Assembly (NCBI GenBank): GCA_963663165.1
Contig: OY760175.1
Span: forward strand, 5,376,001 to 5,440,000
DNA length: 64,000 nucleotides
Direction: 5' to 3'
Source: an uncultured Desulfospira sp.
GTDB lineage: Bacteria > Desulfobacterota > Desulfobacteria > Desulfobacterales > Desulfobacteraceae
The notes beneath the pieces were generated by a model. The model was given only the letters and a program-made list of their open reading frames with translations. It had not been told where the DNA came from and searched no databases. Below, piece after piece: positions 1-9,818 of the stretch (its first letter is position 1; every line of letters begins with the position of its first letter). A program made the position numbers and the translations under genes.

Positions 1-1062
1 CCCGCCCCCGGGTTCGGGAAGCTGCCGTTTGTCCACCAGGACCGGCACATCCATGCTTATGTCGTAAATGTTGAGGCTGTCGGCTTCGCCCAGGTGCTGG
101 TTGACCAGGATTCCCTCCCGGGTGGCCACGGCCACAAGGCCTGTGGCCTTACAGCACCCTTTGGCCGGTTCATTTTCTCTGGGAACGGTAACGGTCATGT
201 CTTCCTCATTGATCATGGACTGGAGCATCATGTTATCCATGAGCTTTATGTCTTCTTTTTCTCCTAATTTGCCCACCGCATCGGCCCGGCACCGGGTACA
301 GTGAAGCATTTGAGGGATGTAGGCCCCGGTTTTTTTCCGGATGGCCTTCATGGTCTCTTTGTCCGGCTCTGCCAGGTGGGACAGGTTGGAACCTTCGCAA
401 GGGTAGTAGGCAATGCAGTTGTGCAGGTCCACGTTCAGTTCGGCCATTTTTTGGGCAATTTCTTGGGCATGGGTATCGTTGATGCTGGGCAGGATAATGG
501 TGTTTACCTTGACGATGATCCCCCGCTCCTTAAGGCCTTTGATGGATTCAAGCTGTTTTTCAAGCAACAGCCTGACCCCTTGTTCCGGCCCCATGGATCT
601 TTTTCCGAACCTGACCCATGCGTAGATTTTTTCCGCAATCTTCGGGTCTATGGCATTCACCGTGATGGTGACATGGCTGACATCCAGGCGCTTGACATCA
701 TCCAGGTAGGGGGGCAGGTTGAGCCCGTTGGTGGCCAGACACAGGATCATTTCCGGATATCTCTTGCGGACCAGTTCCATGGTGGCCAGGGTTTCTTCAG
801 GGTTGGCAAAGGGGTCCCCGGGGCCGGCAATGCCGGCAACCGCGATATAGGGTTTTTCCTTCATGACCGCATCCAGGTAGTTAAGGGCCTGAAAGGGCTT
901 TAAGATGGTGGAGCAGACCCCGGGCCGGGATTCATTGACGCAGTCAAATTTTCTGGAGCAGAAGTTGCACTGGATATTGCACCGGGGTGCCACGGGCAGA
1001 TGGACCCGGCCAAAGGATTTGCATGCCCCGGGATTAAAGCAGGGATGGTTTTCAAGATTCAT
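1..1062 (-). CDS. nifB: FeMo-cofactor biosynthesis radical SAM protein NifB (3' end beyond window edge)
   Basis: Not in the ORF track. Manual minus-strand translation from ATG at 1062 gives MNLENHPCFNPGACKSFGRVHLPVAPRCNIQCNFCSRKFDCVNESRPG, with the HPC, CxxxCxxC and ESRPG motifs of NifB. AAGGA RBS upstream. Confidence 0.95.
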   Translation of the reverse strand, partial: MNLENHPCFNPGACKSFGRVHLPVAPRCNIQCNFCSRKFDCVNESRPGVCSTILKPFQALNYLDAVMKEKPYIAVAGIAGPGDPFANPEETLATMELVRKRYPEMILCLATNGLNLPPYLDDVKRLDVSHVTITVNAIDPKIAEKIYAWVRFGKRSMGPEQGVRLLLEKQLESIKGLKERGIIVKVNTIILPSINDTHAQEIAQKMAELNVDLHNCIAYYPCEGSNLSHLAEPDKETMKAIRKKTGAYIPQMLHCTRCRADAVGKLGEKEDIKLMDNMMLQSMINEEDMTVTVPRENEPAKGCCKATGLVAVATREGILVNQHLGEADSLNIYDISMDVPVLVDKRQLPEPGGG

Positions 1063-1080
1063 GATCATTCCTTTTTTTCA

Positions 1081-1161
1081 AGCTATTAGCCGTTAGCGGT
1101 TAGCTATTAGTTGTTTGAGAAGCCTTAACAGCTAAAGGCTAACCGCGAACAGCTAAAGGCT
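1081..1161. repeat. Degenerate heptamer tandem repeats (TTAGC-based), partly inverted, between nifN and nifB
   Basis: agctattagccgttagcggttagctattag followed by inverted-type taacagctaaaggctaaccg units. Confidence 0.6.
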
Positions 1162-1167
1162 CCCAAT

Positions 1168-2565
1168 TTACATATATGAATACCCCACAGGAGAAGACTC
1201 CTGCCGGTGGCATATAATGGCGTTGACAATGGTATCAAACAAAGCCTGGGCCCCTTTGTACCCGATGTGAAGGATCCGAGATCCGCCCATTCGGTCATGG
1301 ATGGGAAATCCGGTTCTGACCAGGGGAACCCCCATTTTTCTGGCCATGGCATACCCCTTGGAATTGCCGATGATCAGGTCCGGTTCAAGGCCTTTGGCCA
1401 TTTCTTCGATACTGGCGAAATCCATGTTGTCATGGATTTGAACCTGTTCGAAGATATTCGGGGCCAGAATATCTTTAAGGGCGGTTTTAAGGCGACAGCT
1501 GTGTCCGCCGGAAGCGCACAATACCGGAATCATGCCGATTTCCCCTAGGAACCCGGCCATGGACGTCACCAGATCTTCTTCCCCGTAAACCACGGCTTTT
1601 TTTCTGGACAGATACTTGTTCCCGTCCACATAGGCGTCCACCAGCCGCCATCTCTGGCTTTTGTAGGTTTCACGAACCGGCTTCCCCGTGATGGATTCAA
1701 TCTGTGCGAACAGCTGGTCCGTGGCCTTGACCCCGATGGGGATGGGGATGCGGACATTGGGAATATTGAAGCGTTCTTCAAGCAGGGCACCGGCGCTGGA
1801 TTCCTCTTTGTTAACCGAAGAAGTCGGGAAGGTGGTGCCAAACTCAATGGATTTGACCGCCAGGTGCATTTTTTCAATTTTGTCAATGGGGGTGCCGCCT
1901 TCCTGGATGGGCTGGTATTCACTCCATGAGGGGCCTTCGAGCCGGTCTGAAACATCGGGAAGAATCACGCAGTTGGCCTTGTGGTCCCTGAATATTTCTT
2001 TTAAATGACGGATGTCCTCATTGGAAAGCATTCCCGGGAACAGGTTAATGGTTTTTTTCTTTTTGGGCCGGTAGGTCACCTTTACGTCTTTGGGGTTGAA
2101 CCGGTCCACAACCGCCCGGACCGCCTGGTGGAACCCGTCAATATGGGTTCCTGAGTAGCTCGGGGTGGACACGTGAACCAGGGTGGTCCGGCCAAGTTTT
2201 CCATTGAGCTCATCTATGAGCATGGGCACATTGTCCCCGATGGTTTCGCTCAGACAGGTGGTGGCAATGCCGATCATGGCCGGGGAATACTGCCGGACCA
2301 CGTTTTCAATGGCCAGCTTCAGGTTGGCGCCGCCGCCGAAGATGGCGGTTTCCTCAGTAAAATTGGATGAGGCGATGTCGATGGGTTCTTTGTAATGGCT
2401 GATCAGATACCGCCGCATATAGGTGGAGCAGCCTTGGGACCCGTGGAGCAGCGGGACCGCGCTTTCGATTCCCTGAAACGCCAGGGTGGCCCCAAGGGGC
2501 GTACACATTTTACAGGCATTCCGTGTGGCGGTGTATGGCTGGTCTTTTTTACTCTGGGCTTTCAT
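1168..2565 (-). CDS. nifN: Nitrogenase FeMo-cofactor scaffold NifN
   Basis: NACKMCTPLGA, LLHGSQGCSTYMRRY, TTCLSETIGD. Start placed at 2565 (ATGA overlap with the nifE stop) rather than 2604. Confidence 0.93.
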   Translation of the reverse strand: MKAQSKKDQPYTATRNACKMCTPLGATLAFQGIESAVPLLHGSQGCSTYMRRYLISHYKEPIDIASSNFTEETAIFGGGANLKLAIENVVRQYSPAMIGIATTCLSETIGDNVPMLIDELNGKLGRTTLVHVSTPSYSGTHIDGFHQAVRAVVDRFNPKDVKVTYRPKKKKTINLFPGMLSNEDIRHLKEIFRDHKANCVILPDVSDRLEGPSWSEYQPIQEGGTPIDKIEKMHLAVKSIEFGTTFPTSSVNKEESSAGALLEERFNIPNVRIPIPIGVKATDQLFAQIESITGKPVRETYKSQRWRLVDAYVDGNKYLSRKKAVVYGEEDLVTSMAGFLGEIGMIPVLCASGGHSCRLKTALKDILAPNIFEQVQIHDNMDFASIEEMAKGLEPDLIIGNSKGYAMARKMGVPLVRTGFPIHDRMGGSRILHIGYKGAQALFDTIVNAIICHRQESSPVGYSYM

Positions 2566-3923
2566 TTTCCTTTCCTTCCAGCCCGTCTGGGGACCAGGTC
2601 CCATACCGGGCTTGTAACGGTCTGGTGGGCTTCTATGGCAAAATTTTTCATGCCGACGAATCCGGCCAGGGGAATCTTTCTTTCATGGTTATGGTCGCAG
2701 AAGCCAATGCCCATCTTAAAGGCAATGGGCCGCTCTTTGACCCCGCCGATAAACAGGTCGGCATCCTTTTCCACGATATACTTGGCCAGTTCTATGGGGT
2801 TGGCGTCGTCCAGGATCACCGTGCCCGGGTTGCACATTTCCTCAAGGATGGCATAATCTTCCTTGGTCCCGGTCTGGGAGCCGGCCAGAACCACTTCCAT
2901 GCCCAGGTGCTTTAAGGCCTTGATCAGGGAAAAGGCCTTAAAGGCGCCCCCCACATAGATGGCCGCTTTTTTCCCTTCAAGGTCTGCACGAATCCGGGTG
3001 AGTTCCGGCATGATGTCAAAGGTCTCCTGAAATACCAGTTCTTTGGTTTTTTCCAGAATTTCAGGCGCGTCGTCAAAGAATTCCGCCACCCGGTAAAGGG
3101 CTTCAGCCGTATCTTCAATGCCGAAGTAGGAGACCCGGATATAGGGAATGCCGTACTCTTTTTCCATCCACTGGGCCAGATGGGTCATGGCCCCGGAGCA
3201 TTGGACCACGTTCAGGCAGGCCGATGCCGCACGACTGACTTCGGCCACCCGGCTGTCCCCGGTAAACACGGAGACCACGTTCACGCCCATGGATTCGTAA
3301 TAGTCCCTGATGATCCAGGTTTCCCCGCCGATGTTAAATTCCCCCATGATATTAATGCTGTGGGGTATCTTTTGGGGGGCAGGGGTCCTGGAAATCAGGG
3401 CGCTTAAAGCATCACAGGCGGCCTTGTACCCGTCTTTTTTGGTCCCTTTAAACCCTTCGGAATGAACCGGCAGGACCGGGATGTTCTTTAGGGCTTCCAC
3501 CTTTTTGCAGACCGCCTCCACATCATCGCCAATAATGCCGATGATGCAGGTGCAGTAGACAAAGGCGGCTTTGGGGGCGTATTTGTCGATGAGCTGGCAT
3601 AATGCCTTTTCCAGCTTTTTCTCTCCCCCGTAAATCACATCGGTTTCAGACAGGTCTGTGGAAAAACTCATCCGGTGAAGTTCCGGGCCCGAGGACAGGG
3701 CCCCCCGGATGTCCCAGGTATAGGAGGCACATCCGATGGGGCCGTGGATCAGGTGAAGGGCATCGGCAATGGGGTAGAGAACCACCCGGGAACCACAGAA
3801 TACGCAGGCCCTCTGGCTTACGGAACCGGCCAGGCTCTTTTTTTCACAGGCAATCTCAAAATTGCCGCTGCCCTTCTCATGGATCTGTTTCTTTCGTTCT
3901 TTGAGAATCGTTAAGGTTTCCAT
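2562..3923 (-). CDS. nifE: Nitrogenase FeMo-cofactor scaffold NifE
   Basis: SQRACVFCGSRVVLYPIADALHLIHGPIGCASYTWDIRG; position between nifK and nifN. Confidence 0.95.
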   Translation of the reverse strand: METLTILKERKKQIHEKGSGNFEIACEKKSLAGSVSQRACVFCGSRVVLYPIADALHLIHGPIGCASYTWDIRGALSSGPELHRMSFSTDLSETDVIYGGEKKLEKALCQLIDKYAPKAAFVYCTCIIGIIGDDVEAVCKKVEALKNIPVLPVHSEGFKGTKKDGYKAACDALSALISRTPAPQKIPHSINIMGEFNIGGETWIIRDYYESMGVNVVSVFTGDSRVAEVSRAASACLNVVQCSGAMTHLAQWMEKEYGIPYIRVSYFGIEDTAEALYRVAEFFDDAPEILEKTKELVFQETFDIMPELTRIRADLEGKKAAIYVGGAFKAFSLIKALKHLGMEVVLAGSQTGTKEDYAILEEMCNPGTVILDDANPIELAKYIVEKDADLFIGGVKERPIAFKMGIGFCDHNHERKIPLAGFVGMKNFAIEAHQTVTSPVWDLVPRRAGRKGK

Positions 3924-3983
3924 AACATTTTTTCGCTTTGAACCTGTTAAATCAAAAATCTATGCCTGTGCTTAGGCTTTTGG

Positions 3984-5360
3984 TTACTCAACCAGTTCGA
4001 ACCGTTCTTCGGGTGCATCCCGGTCGATGCGGTCCATAATAACGCCCAGGATTTTGTCCAGAAGGTGCAGGGCGCCCTTGTATCCCACTGTGGGGAAATA
4101 GGAATGACCGATCCGGTCCAGGATAGGAAATCCGTGCCGGACAAAGGGGATGTCTTCGTCACGGGCAATGTATTTGCCGTAAGTGTTGCAGATGAGCAGG
4201 TCTACCGGCTCGTTCTTGATCCACTGGTGCAGGTGGAACAGGTCACTCGGGCCTTTGACGTTGATCTCATCGCCGAACCGGGCCGTGACCTCTTTAATCC
4301 GCTGGGTAAACATCTTGCCCGGGGTCCCGGTCACGATATGAACCGGTTTCATGCCCATGGTGACCAGAAATTCGGTCAGGGGGATGAGCTGGTCCGGGTC
4401 ACCGGCAATGGCCACTTTTTTGCCGTACAAGTGGGGCTGCATGTCGGAAATCACGTCCAACAGCTGTCCCCGCTGCCGGGTAATGGTATCGGGAACGGAA
4501 ACCCCGGCAGCCGTGCGCAGGGTATCAATAAACCGGTCCGTGGCCAGAAGGCCGATGGGCAGGTCCAGGACCTGGCAGGGAACCTTGAACTGGCTGTCAA
4601 GGGCCCGGACCGCATCGGCAGAGGCAAAGGCCCCTAACCCGATGGACCCGAGGCTGTCACCGGTACTCTTTAATTCGCTGATGGTGACCCCGCCCTTGGG
4701 GTACATTTTAAATTTGCCGGTCAACGGGCCGTTCAGGATCCCGGAGGTGTCCGGAAAGAGGATGGGATCAATGCCCAGGGTCTGGACCATTTCCTTGATT
4801 TCGGTCATGTCTGAAGGTTCTACAAATCCCGGGACAATATTGAATTTGCCGTTGGTTTTGCCGGTCTTTTCAGCTAACTGGACGGCCATGGATTTAACCA
4901 TATTGGAAAACCCCGTGACATGGGATCCCACATAGGACGGGGTGGAGGTGTGGATCACATATTTGCCCACCGGCACCTTGCCCTCTTTTCTGGCCTTGTT
5001 GGCAATCTGGTTGACATCGTCCCCAATGGTTTCCGACAGGCAGGTGGTATGAACCGCCACGATGTCCGGATTATAAGTGGTAAAAATGGTTTCAAGGGCC
5101 TGGAGCAGGTTGGCCTGGCCGCCGAACACCGACGCCCCTTCGGTAAAGGAGGAGGTGGCCGCCATAATGGGCTCCCGGTAATGACGGGTCAGGGTGGACC
5201 GGTGGTAGGCGCAGCAGCCCTGGGACCCATGGCTGTGAGGCAGGCAGCCGTGAATCCCTAAGGCCGCATACATGGCCCCGATGGGCTGGCAGGTCTTGGC
5301 CGGATTGATCGCCAAAACTTTTCGTTCTTTGATTTCTTTTGGTGTATGTCGAAGCAGCAT
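3984..5360 (-). CDS. nifK: Nitrogenase MoFe protein beta chain
   Basis: INPAKTCQPIGA, HSHGSQGCCAYHR, TTCLSETIGDD (P-cluster cysteines). Confidence 0.97.
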   Translation of the reverse strand: MLLRHTPKEIKERKVLAINPAKTCQPIGAMYAALGIHGCLPHSHGSQGCCAYHRSTLTRHYREPIMAATSSFTEGASVFGGQANLLQALETIFTTYNPDIVAVHTTCLSETIGDDVNQIANKARKEGKVPVGKYVIHTSTPSYVGSHVTGFSNMVKSMAVQLAEKTGKTNGKFNIVPGFVEPSDMTEIKEMVQTLGIDPILFPDTSGILNGPLTGKFKMYPKGGVTISELKSTGDSLGSIGLGAFASADAVRALDSQFKVPCQVLDLPIGLLATDRFIDTLRTAAGVSVPDTITRQRGQLLDVISDMQPHLYGKKVAIAGDPDQLIPLTEFLVTMGMKPVHIVTGTPGKMFTQRIKEVTARFGDEINVKGPSDLFHLHQWIKNEPVDLLICNTYGKYIARDEDIPFVRHGFPILDRIGHSYFPTVGYKGALHLLDKILGVIMDRIDRDAPEERFELVE

Positions 5361-5391
5361 ATTGTTTTTTCTCCGTTTTTAATTAGGTGAT

Positions 5392-5474
5392 TAGGCTGAA
5401 GGGGTTTAGGCTGAAGTCTCTCGATTGTCTAATAGCCTTCAGGCTATTTCCCTTCTACCTATCCACCTTCAGTC
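5392..5474. repeat. AGGCTGAAG repeats with inverted copies between nifD and nifK
   Basis: ttaggctgaaggggtttaggctgaag ... ccttcaggct ... ccttcagtct; the same unit recurs at 8008-8040. Confidence 0.55.
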
Positions 5475-5476
5475 TT

Positions 5477-7108
5477 TTATTCCCATACATATTTGGCAGA
5501 AAGTTCAGGTGCCGCCTGCCAGGGCGCTTCCAGGTACTGCCAGATATTGGCGTTGAGCATCCGGTCAATTTCATCGTAAAAGTTCACGGCCCCTTTGAAT
5601 ACCGCATAGGGCCCGCCCGTGTCATAAGAGTGCAGCTGCTTCATGGGAATACCATGCTTCTGGACAGCGTATTTTTCCTTGATGCCGGCACAGAAGATAT
5701 CGGGTTTGTACATGGCAATAAGGGTTTCGGTTTCATGCTGGCTGATATCATCTACGATCAGGGAGCCTTTGACCATGTCCGGCACCATGCCGTCATATTC
5801 CTTAAAGGGATAGCCGGCCTCTTCCAACGCCTTCATCTGTTCAGTGGTTTTTCTGGGGTTGTACCGGGTTTCATCCTGTTCTATTTCCAGTTCCTCAATG
5901 TTTCTGGAGTCCGCATCAATTTTAATGTCCGGAATCACGTGCCGGCCTTCATAGTCATCCCTGTGGGCAAACTCATACCCGGCGGAAAGGACTTCCATGC
6001 CCATATCCCTGAACAGTTCCTGGTAGTGGTGGGCCCGGGAGCCGCCCACAAACATCATGGCTGTTTTTCCCGTACACCGTTTTCTGACGTCTTCAAGTTT
6101 GGCCTCAACCGGGGCCATTTCCTCGGCAATGACTTCTTCCACCCGGTCAATGAGCTCCTGGTCTTCAAAATAGGCCGCGATTTTGCGCAGGCTTTTGGCC
6201 GTTGATCTGGGCCCCAGGAAACTGACTTTTATCCAGGGAATGCCGTATTTGGTTTCCAGCATGTCGGCCACATAGTTGATGGACCGGTGGCACATGACCG
6301 TGTTCAGGTCGGCGGTGTGGCAGTTGGCAAACTGGTCATAGGTGGAGTTGCCGCTGAAGGTGGAGACCAGGCTGATGCCGCATTTGTTGAGCAGTTCTTC
6401 AATGATGAAACCGTCTCCGCCGATATTGTATTCGCCCAGAAGATTGATTTTATACTTGGCATCCATGATGGTGTCGTCTTCACCGATCACATGTTTAAAG
6501 ATGGCGTTGTTGGCAATGTGATGGCCGGCAGACTGGCTGACGCCCTTGTATCCTTCACAGGAGAATCCCCAGATGTTGATGCCCAGTTTTTCTTTCATCT
6601 CCTTTGCCACCGCATGGACATCGTCACCGATCAGCCCCACCGGACAGGTGGAAAAGATGGAGATGGCCTTGGGTTTGAAAATGTCATAGGCCTCCTGGAT
6701 GGCGGCCTTGAGTTTCTTTTCACCGCCAAAAACAATGTCCTCATCCTGCATGTCCGTGGAAAAGCAGTAGGTCATATAATTGTCGTCTTCATCCGATTTG
6801 GGACGGGTCTGGTTCCGCCGGGTCAGCCAGGAGTAGAATCCGCAGCCGATGGGCCCGTGGGTCAGATTGATAATATCCCGGGTCGGCCCCATGATCACGC
6901 CCTTGCAGCCGGCATAGCAGCATCCCCTCTGGGTGATGATGCCCGGGACCGTCCTGACATTGGCCCCGACCTTCAGTCCTTCTTTTTCATCGCTTGCAAC
7001 CGGTGTGATCTGTTTGGCCCTTTTCCGGGCTACTTTGGGTGGATACTTTGCCAGAATTTCTTTTTTTATGTCTTCCGGGTTAACGGCAATGGTTCGGTCG
7101 CCTGTCAT
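5477..7108 (-). CDS. nifD: Nitrogenase MoFe protein alpha chain (clostridial/group II-type, with long insertion)
   Basis: TQRGCCYAGCKGV, HGPIGC, VMCHRSINY (FeMo-co Cys), LHSYDTGGPY (FeMo-co His); insertion after HRDDYEGR. Confidence 0.97.
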   Translation of the reverse strand: MTGDRTIAVNPEDIKKEILAKYPPKVARKRAKQITPVASDEKEGLKVGANVRTVPGIITQRGCCYAGCKGVIMGPTRDIINLTHGPIGCGFYSWLTRRNQTRPKSDEDDNYMTYCFSTDMQDEDIVFGGEKKLKAAIQEAYDIFKPKAISIFSTCPVGLIGDDVHAVAKEMKEKLGINIWGFSCEGYKGVSQSAGHHIANNAIFKHVIGEDDTIMDAKYKINLLGEYNIGGDGFIIEELLNKCGISLVSTFSGNSTYDQFANCHTADLNTVMCHRSINYVADMLETKYGIPWIKVSFLGPRSTAKSLRKIAAYFEDQELIDRVEEVIAEEMAPVEAKLEDVRKRCTGKTAMMFVGGSRAHHYQELFRDMGMEVLSAGYEFAHRDDYEGRHVIPDIKIDADSRNIEELEIEQDETRYNPRKTTEQMKALEEAGYPFKEYDGMVPDMVKGSLIVDDISQHETETLIAMYKPDIFCAGIKEKYAVQKHGIPMKQLHSYDTGGPYAVFKGAVNFYDEIDRMLNANIWQYLEAPWQAAPELSAKYVWE

Positions 7109-7142
7109 AGTGTTACCCCTATTTTCTTTTTCTTGTTGATAT

Positions 7143-7177
7143 ATAGCTGTTAGCTTTTAGCTGTTAGCCGTTAGCCT
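7143..7177. repeat. Heptamer tandem repeat between nifI2 and nifD
   Basis: tagctgt tagcttt tagctgt tagccgt tagcc. Confidence 0.65.
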
Positions 7178-7239
7178 TTTAATATGTGTTGTGGACACGG
7201 TGTTTACAGATTAATTGTCCGGACGGCCCGGGCCGTTGT

Positions 7240-7620
7240 TTAAAATTCATCCAGGACGGTGTTGCCGTTTTCCGATGTCCGGACGGAAACGGCGTCTTCG
7301 GTGGGCAGCACCCAGATAACCCCGTCCCCGGATTTCCCGGTCTGGTTGGCCTTGATGATGGTGTCCACGGTCTTGTCCACCAGATTGTCCGGTACGACGA
7401 TGAAGATGGCCCGTTTGGGAACGAGGCGGTCGATCTGCCCGAGCTGGGCAATGGCCTCTTCATACCCTTGTTCCGCACCCTTGAGCAGTTCCAGGTTGAC
7501 CATGCCTTTTCCCCGGCCCAGGCATTCCATGGCGGTCATGGAAGACACCCCGGCTTCAATCAGGGCCTTTTTGGTAAGGTTGATCTTGTTCATGCGGACA
7601 ATGGCCATAACCTCTTTCAT
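7240..7620 (-). CDS. nifI2: PII-family nitrogenase regulator NifI2
   Basis: PII fold (GRGKG, GKSGDGVIWV); second PII gene between nifH and nifD. Confidence 0.9.
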   Translation of the reverse strand: MKEVMAIVRMNKINLTKKALIEAGVSSMTAMECLGRGKGMVNLELLKGAEQGYEEAIAQLGQIDRLVPKRAIFIVVPDNLVDKTVDTIIKANQTGKSGDGVIWVLPTEDAVSVRTSENGNTVLDEF

Positions 7621-7982
7621 GATGACACCTCTTCGGACGCTGCCTCCTCAACCCCGCCTTCCTTTACCCCTGAACTGATGGTATAGGTCTCGATGACGGG
7701 GGAAACAAAGATCTTGCCGTCACCAAAGGCGCCTTTTGTACCTGTTTTTGCCGTGGCCAGGATGGTTTTAAGGACAAATTCCTTGTCTTTTTCATTCACA
7801 ACAGAAATCAGCATTTCTTTTGGAATTTCGTCATAGGTGATCTCGCCGATTTTGATCCCCCGCTGCTTTCCCCGTCCTGCCACGCTCATCCGGGTAACCG
7901 CCGGGTATCCGGCTTCCATGAGGGCGGCCATGACTTCGTTGACTTTTTCAGGGCGGACAATGGATTTAATCATTATTTTCAT
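7617..7982 (-). CDS. nifI1: PII-family nitrogenase regulator NifI1
   Basis: VAGRGKQRGIKIGEITYDEIPKEML, GAFGDGKIFV; directly after nifH. Confidence 0.92.
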   Translation of the reverse strand: MKIMIKSIVRPEKVNEVMAALMEAGYPAVTRMSVAGRGKQRGIKIGEITYDEIPKEMLISVVNEKDKEFVLKTILATAKTGTKGAFGDGKIFVSPVIETYTISSGVKEGGVEEAASEEVSS

Positions 7983-8107
7983 GGATGGTCTTCCTTGTTT
8001 TTGTGAAAGGCTGAAGGTTTTTAGGCTGAAGGCTGTTAGCCAGCCATTGTTGCCATCTTCATTGCTTTCATGGTTTGTTGGCTGTTATTAAATTCGGTTG
8101 TTCTTGT

Positions 8108-8986
<879 letters not shown>

Positions 8987-9000
8987 TTAAAACCTGATAA

Positions 9001-9016
9001 AGCAATGGGTGTTCCA
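9001..9016 (-). promoter_or_regulatory. sigma54 (-24/-12) promoter of the nif operon
   Basis: Minus strand TGGAAC-ACCCA-TTGCT matches TGGCAC-N5-TTGCW with exact spacing, ~70 bp upstream of nifH. An AT-rich tract lies further upstream. Confidence 0.8.
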
Positions 9017-9269
9017 GGCGTGCCGAAAGGAAAGAAATAATTTTTAACTGCTCGGAAAAAAAGAAGAATATTTTTTATTATTAAAATAATTAGAACAAAG
9101 TCAGGCTCGGACTAAACATAAAAAAATCCAAATTCGTTATTAGTTGATTACAATTATGAAACTATTTATATAATATAGATTTTTTTTGCAAAAAATTAAA
9201 ACTCAGCCTCGAACGCCGCCCTGAGACACCATAACCGTATCAACATTAATCTTGCAGGAAAACCGGGAA

Positions 9270-9470
9270 ACAAATTTGAAGCTGATAAATTCGCTTATTA
9301 CCAAACGATTCCTGCGCTCAAAGAATATATTCTTGTATCTTTTTTATATGAAATTCTCGCTAACGAGCTGAAAAGACTTTCATTTTTCGTTGTGGACGGT
9401 GCTTGGTTGGATAATCCAAGCCGTCCGTGACGGTTATCCGAAATTTACCAGAATGTTGAGGTTGAATCAA
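9270..9470 (+). pseudogene. Uma2/DUF820-like endonuclease remnant
   Basis: Reads DKFAYYQTIPALKEYILVS, a typical Uma2 motif; no intact ORF. Confidence 0.45.
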
Positions 9471-9494
9471 AATAGATGAACGTGAAGCTGTATA

Positions 9495-9740
9495 TCAATT
9501 AAAAACCGTTTTGTATTTTTGTTCAATGGCCTGAGCTTCCGATGAGGTCAGCTCTTTGAATTCTTTTTCCCGGGCACGGTTTGAAAGCGTGCCATGGTGT
9601 TGGACAAGAAAACGGATGAGCAGGTCAACAAGCTTATCCGGCATATCAATATCGTTTTTTATGAGCTTGTTGAGAAGATTGTATTCTCTTAAGTATTCGA
9701 CTTCTTCAGGAACATTTTTCTTTGATTTCATATTATTTTC
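9495..9740 (-). pseudogene. C-terminal fragment of a Fic-family protein
   Basis: PEEVEYL...DMPDKLVDLLIRFLVQHHGTLSNRAREKEFKELT resembles Fic-family C-termini; no catalytic Fic motif present. Confidence 0.55.
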
Positions 9741-9818
9741 ATAATATATCTTCCCCAATTGACGAACGCTGGAATTTTTCTCCAGGCATAACCCGGGGAT
9801 AAAGATCAGGGAGGACTG

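Noticed and set aside
5477..7108. Alternative (V or Fe-only) nitrogenase
   Set aside because: No vnfG/anfG between D and K, and nifEN are present.
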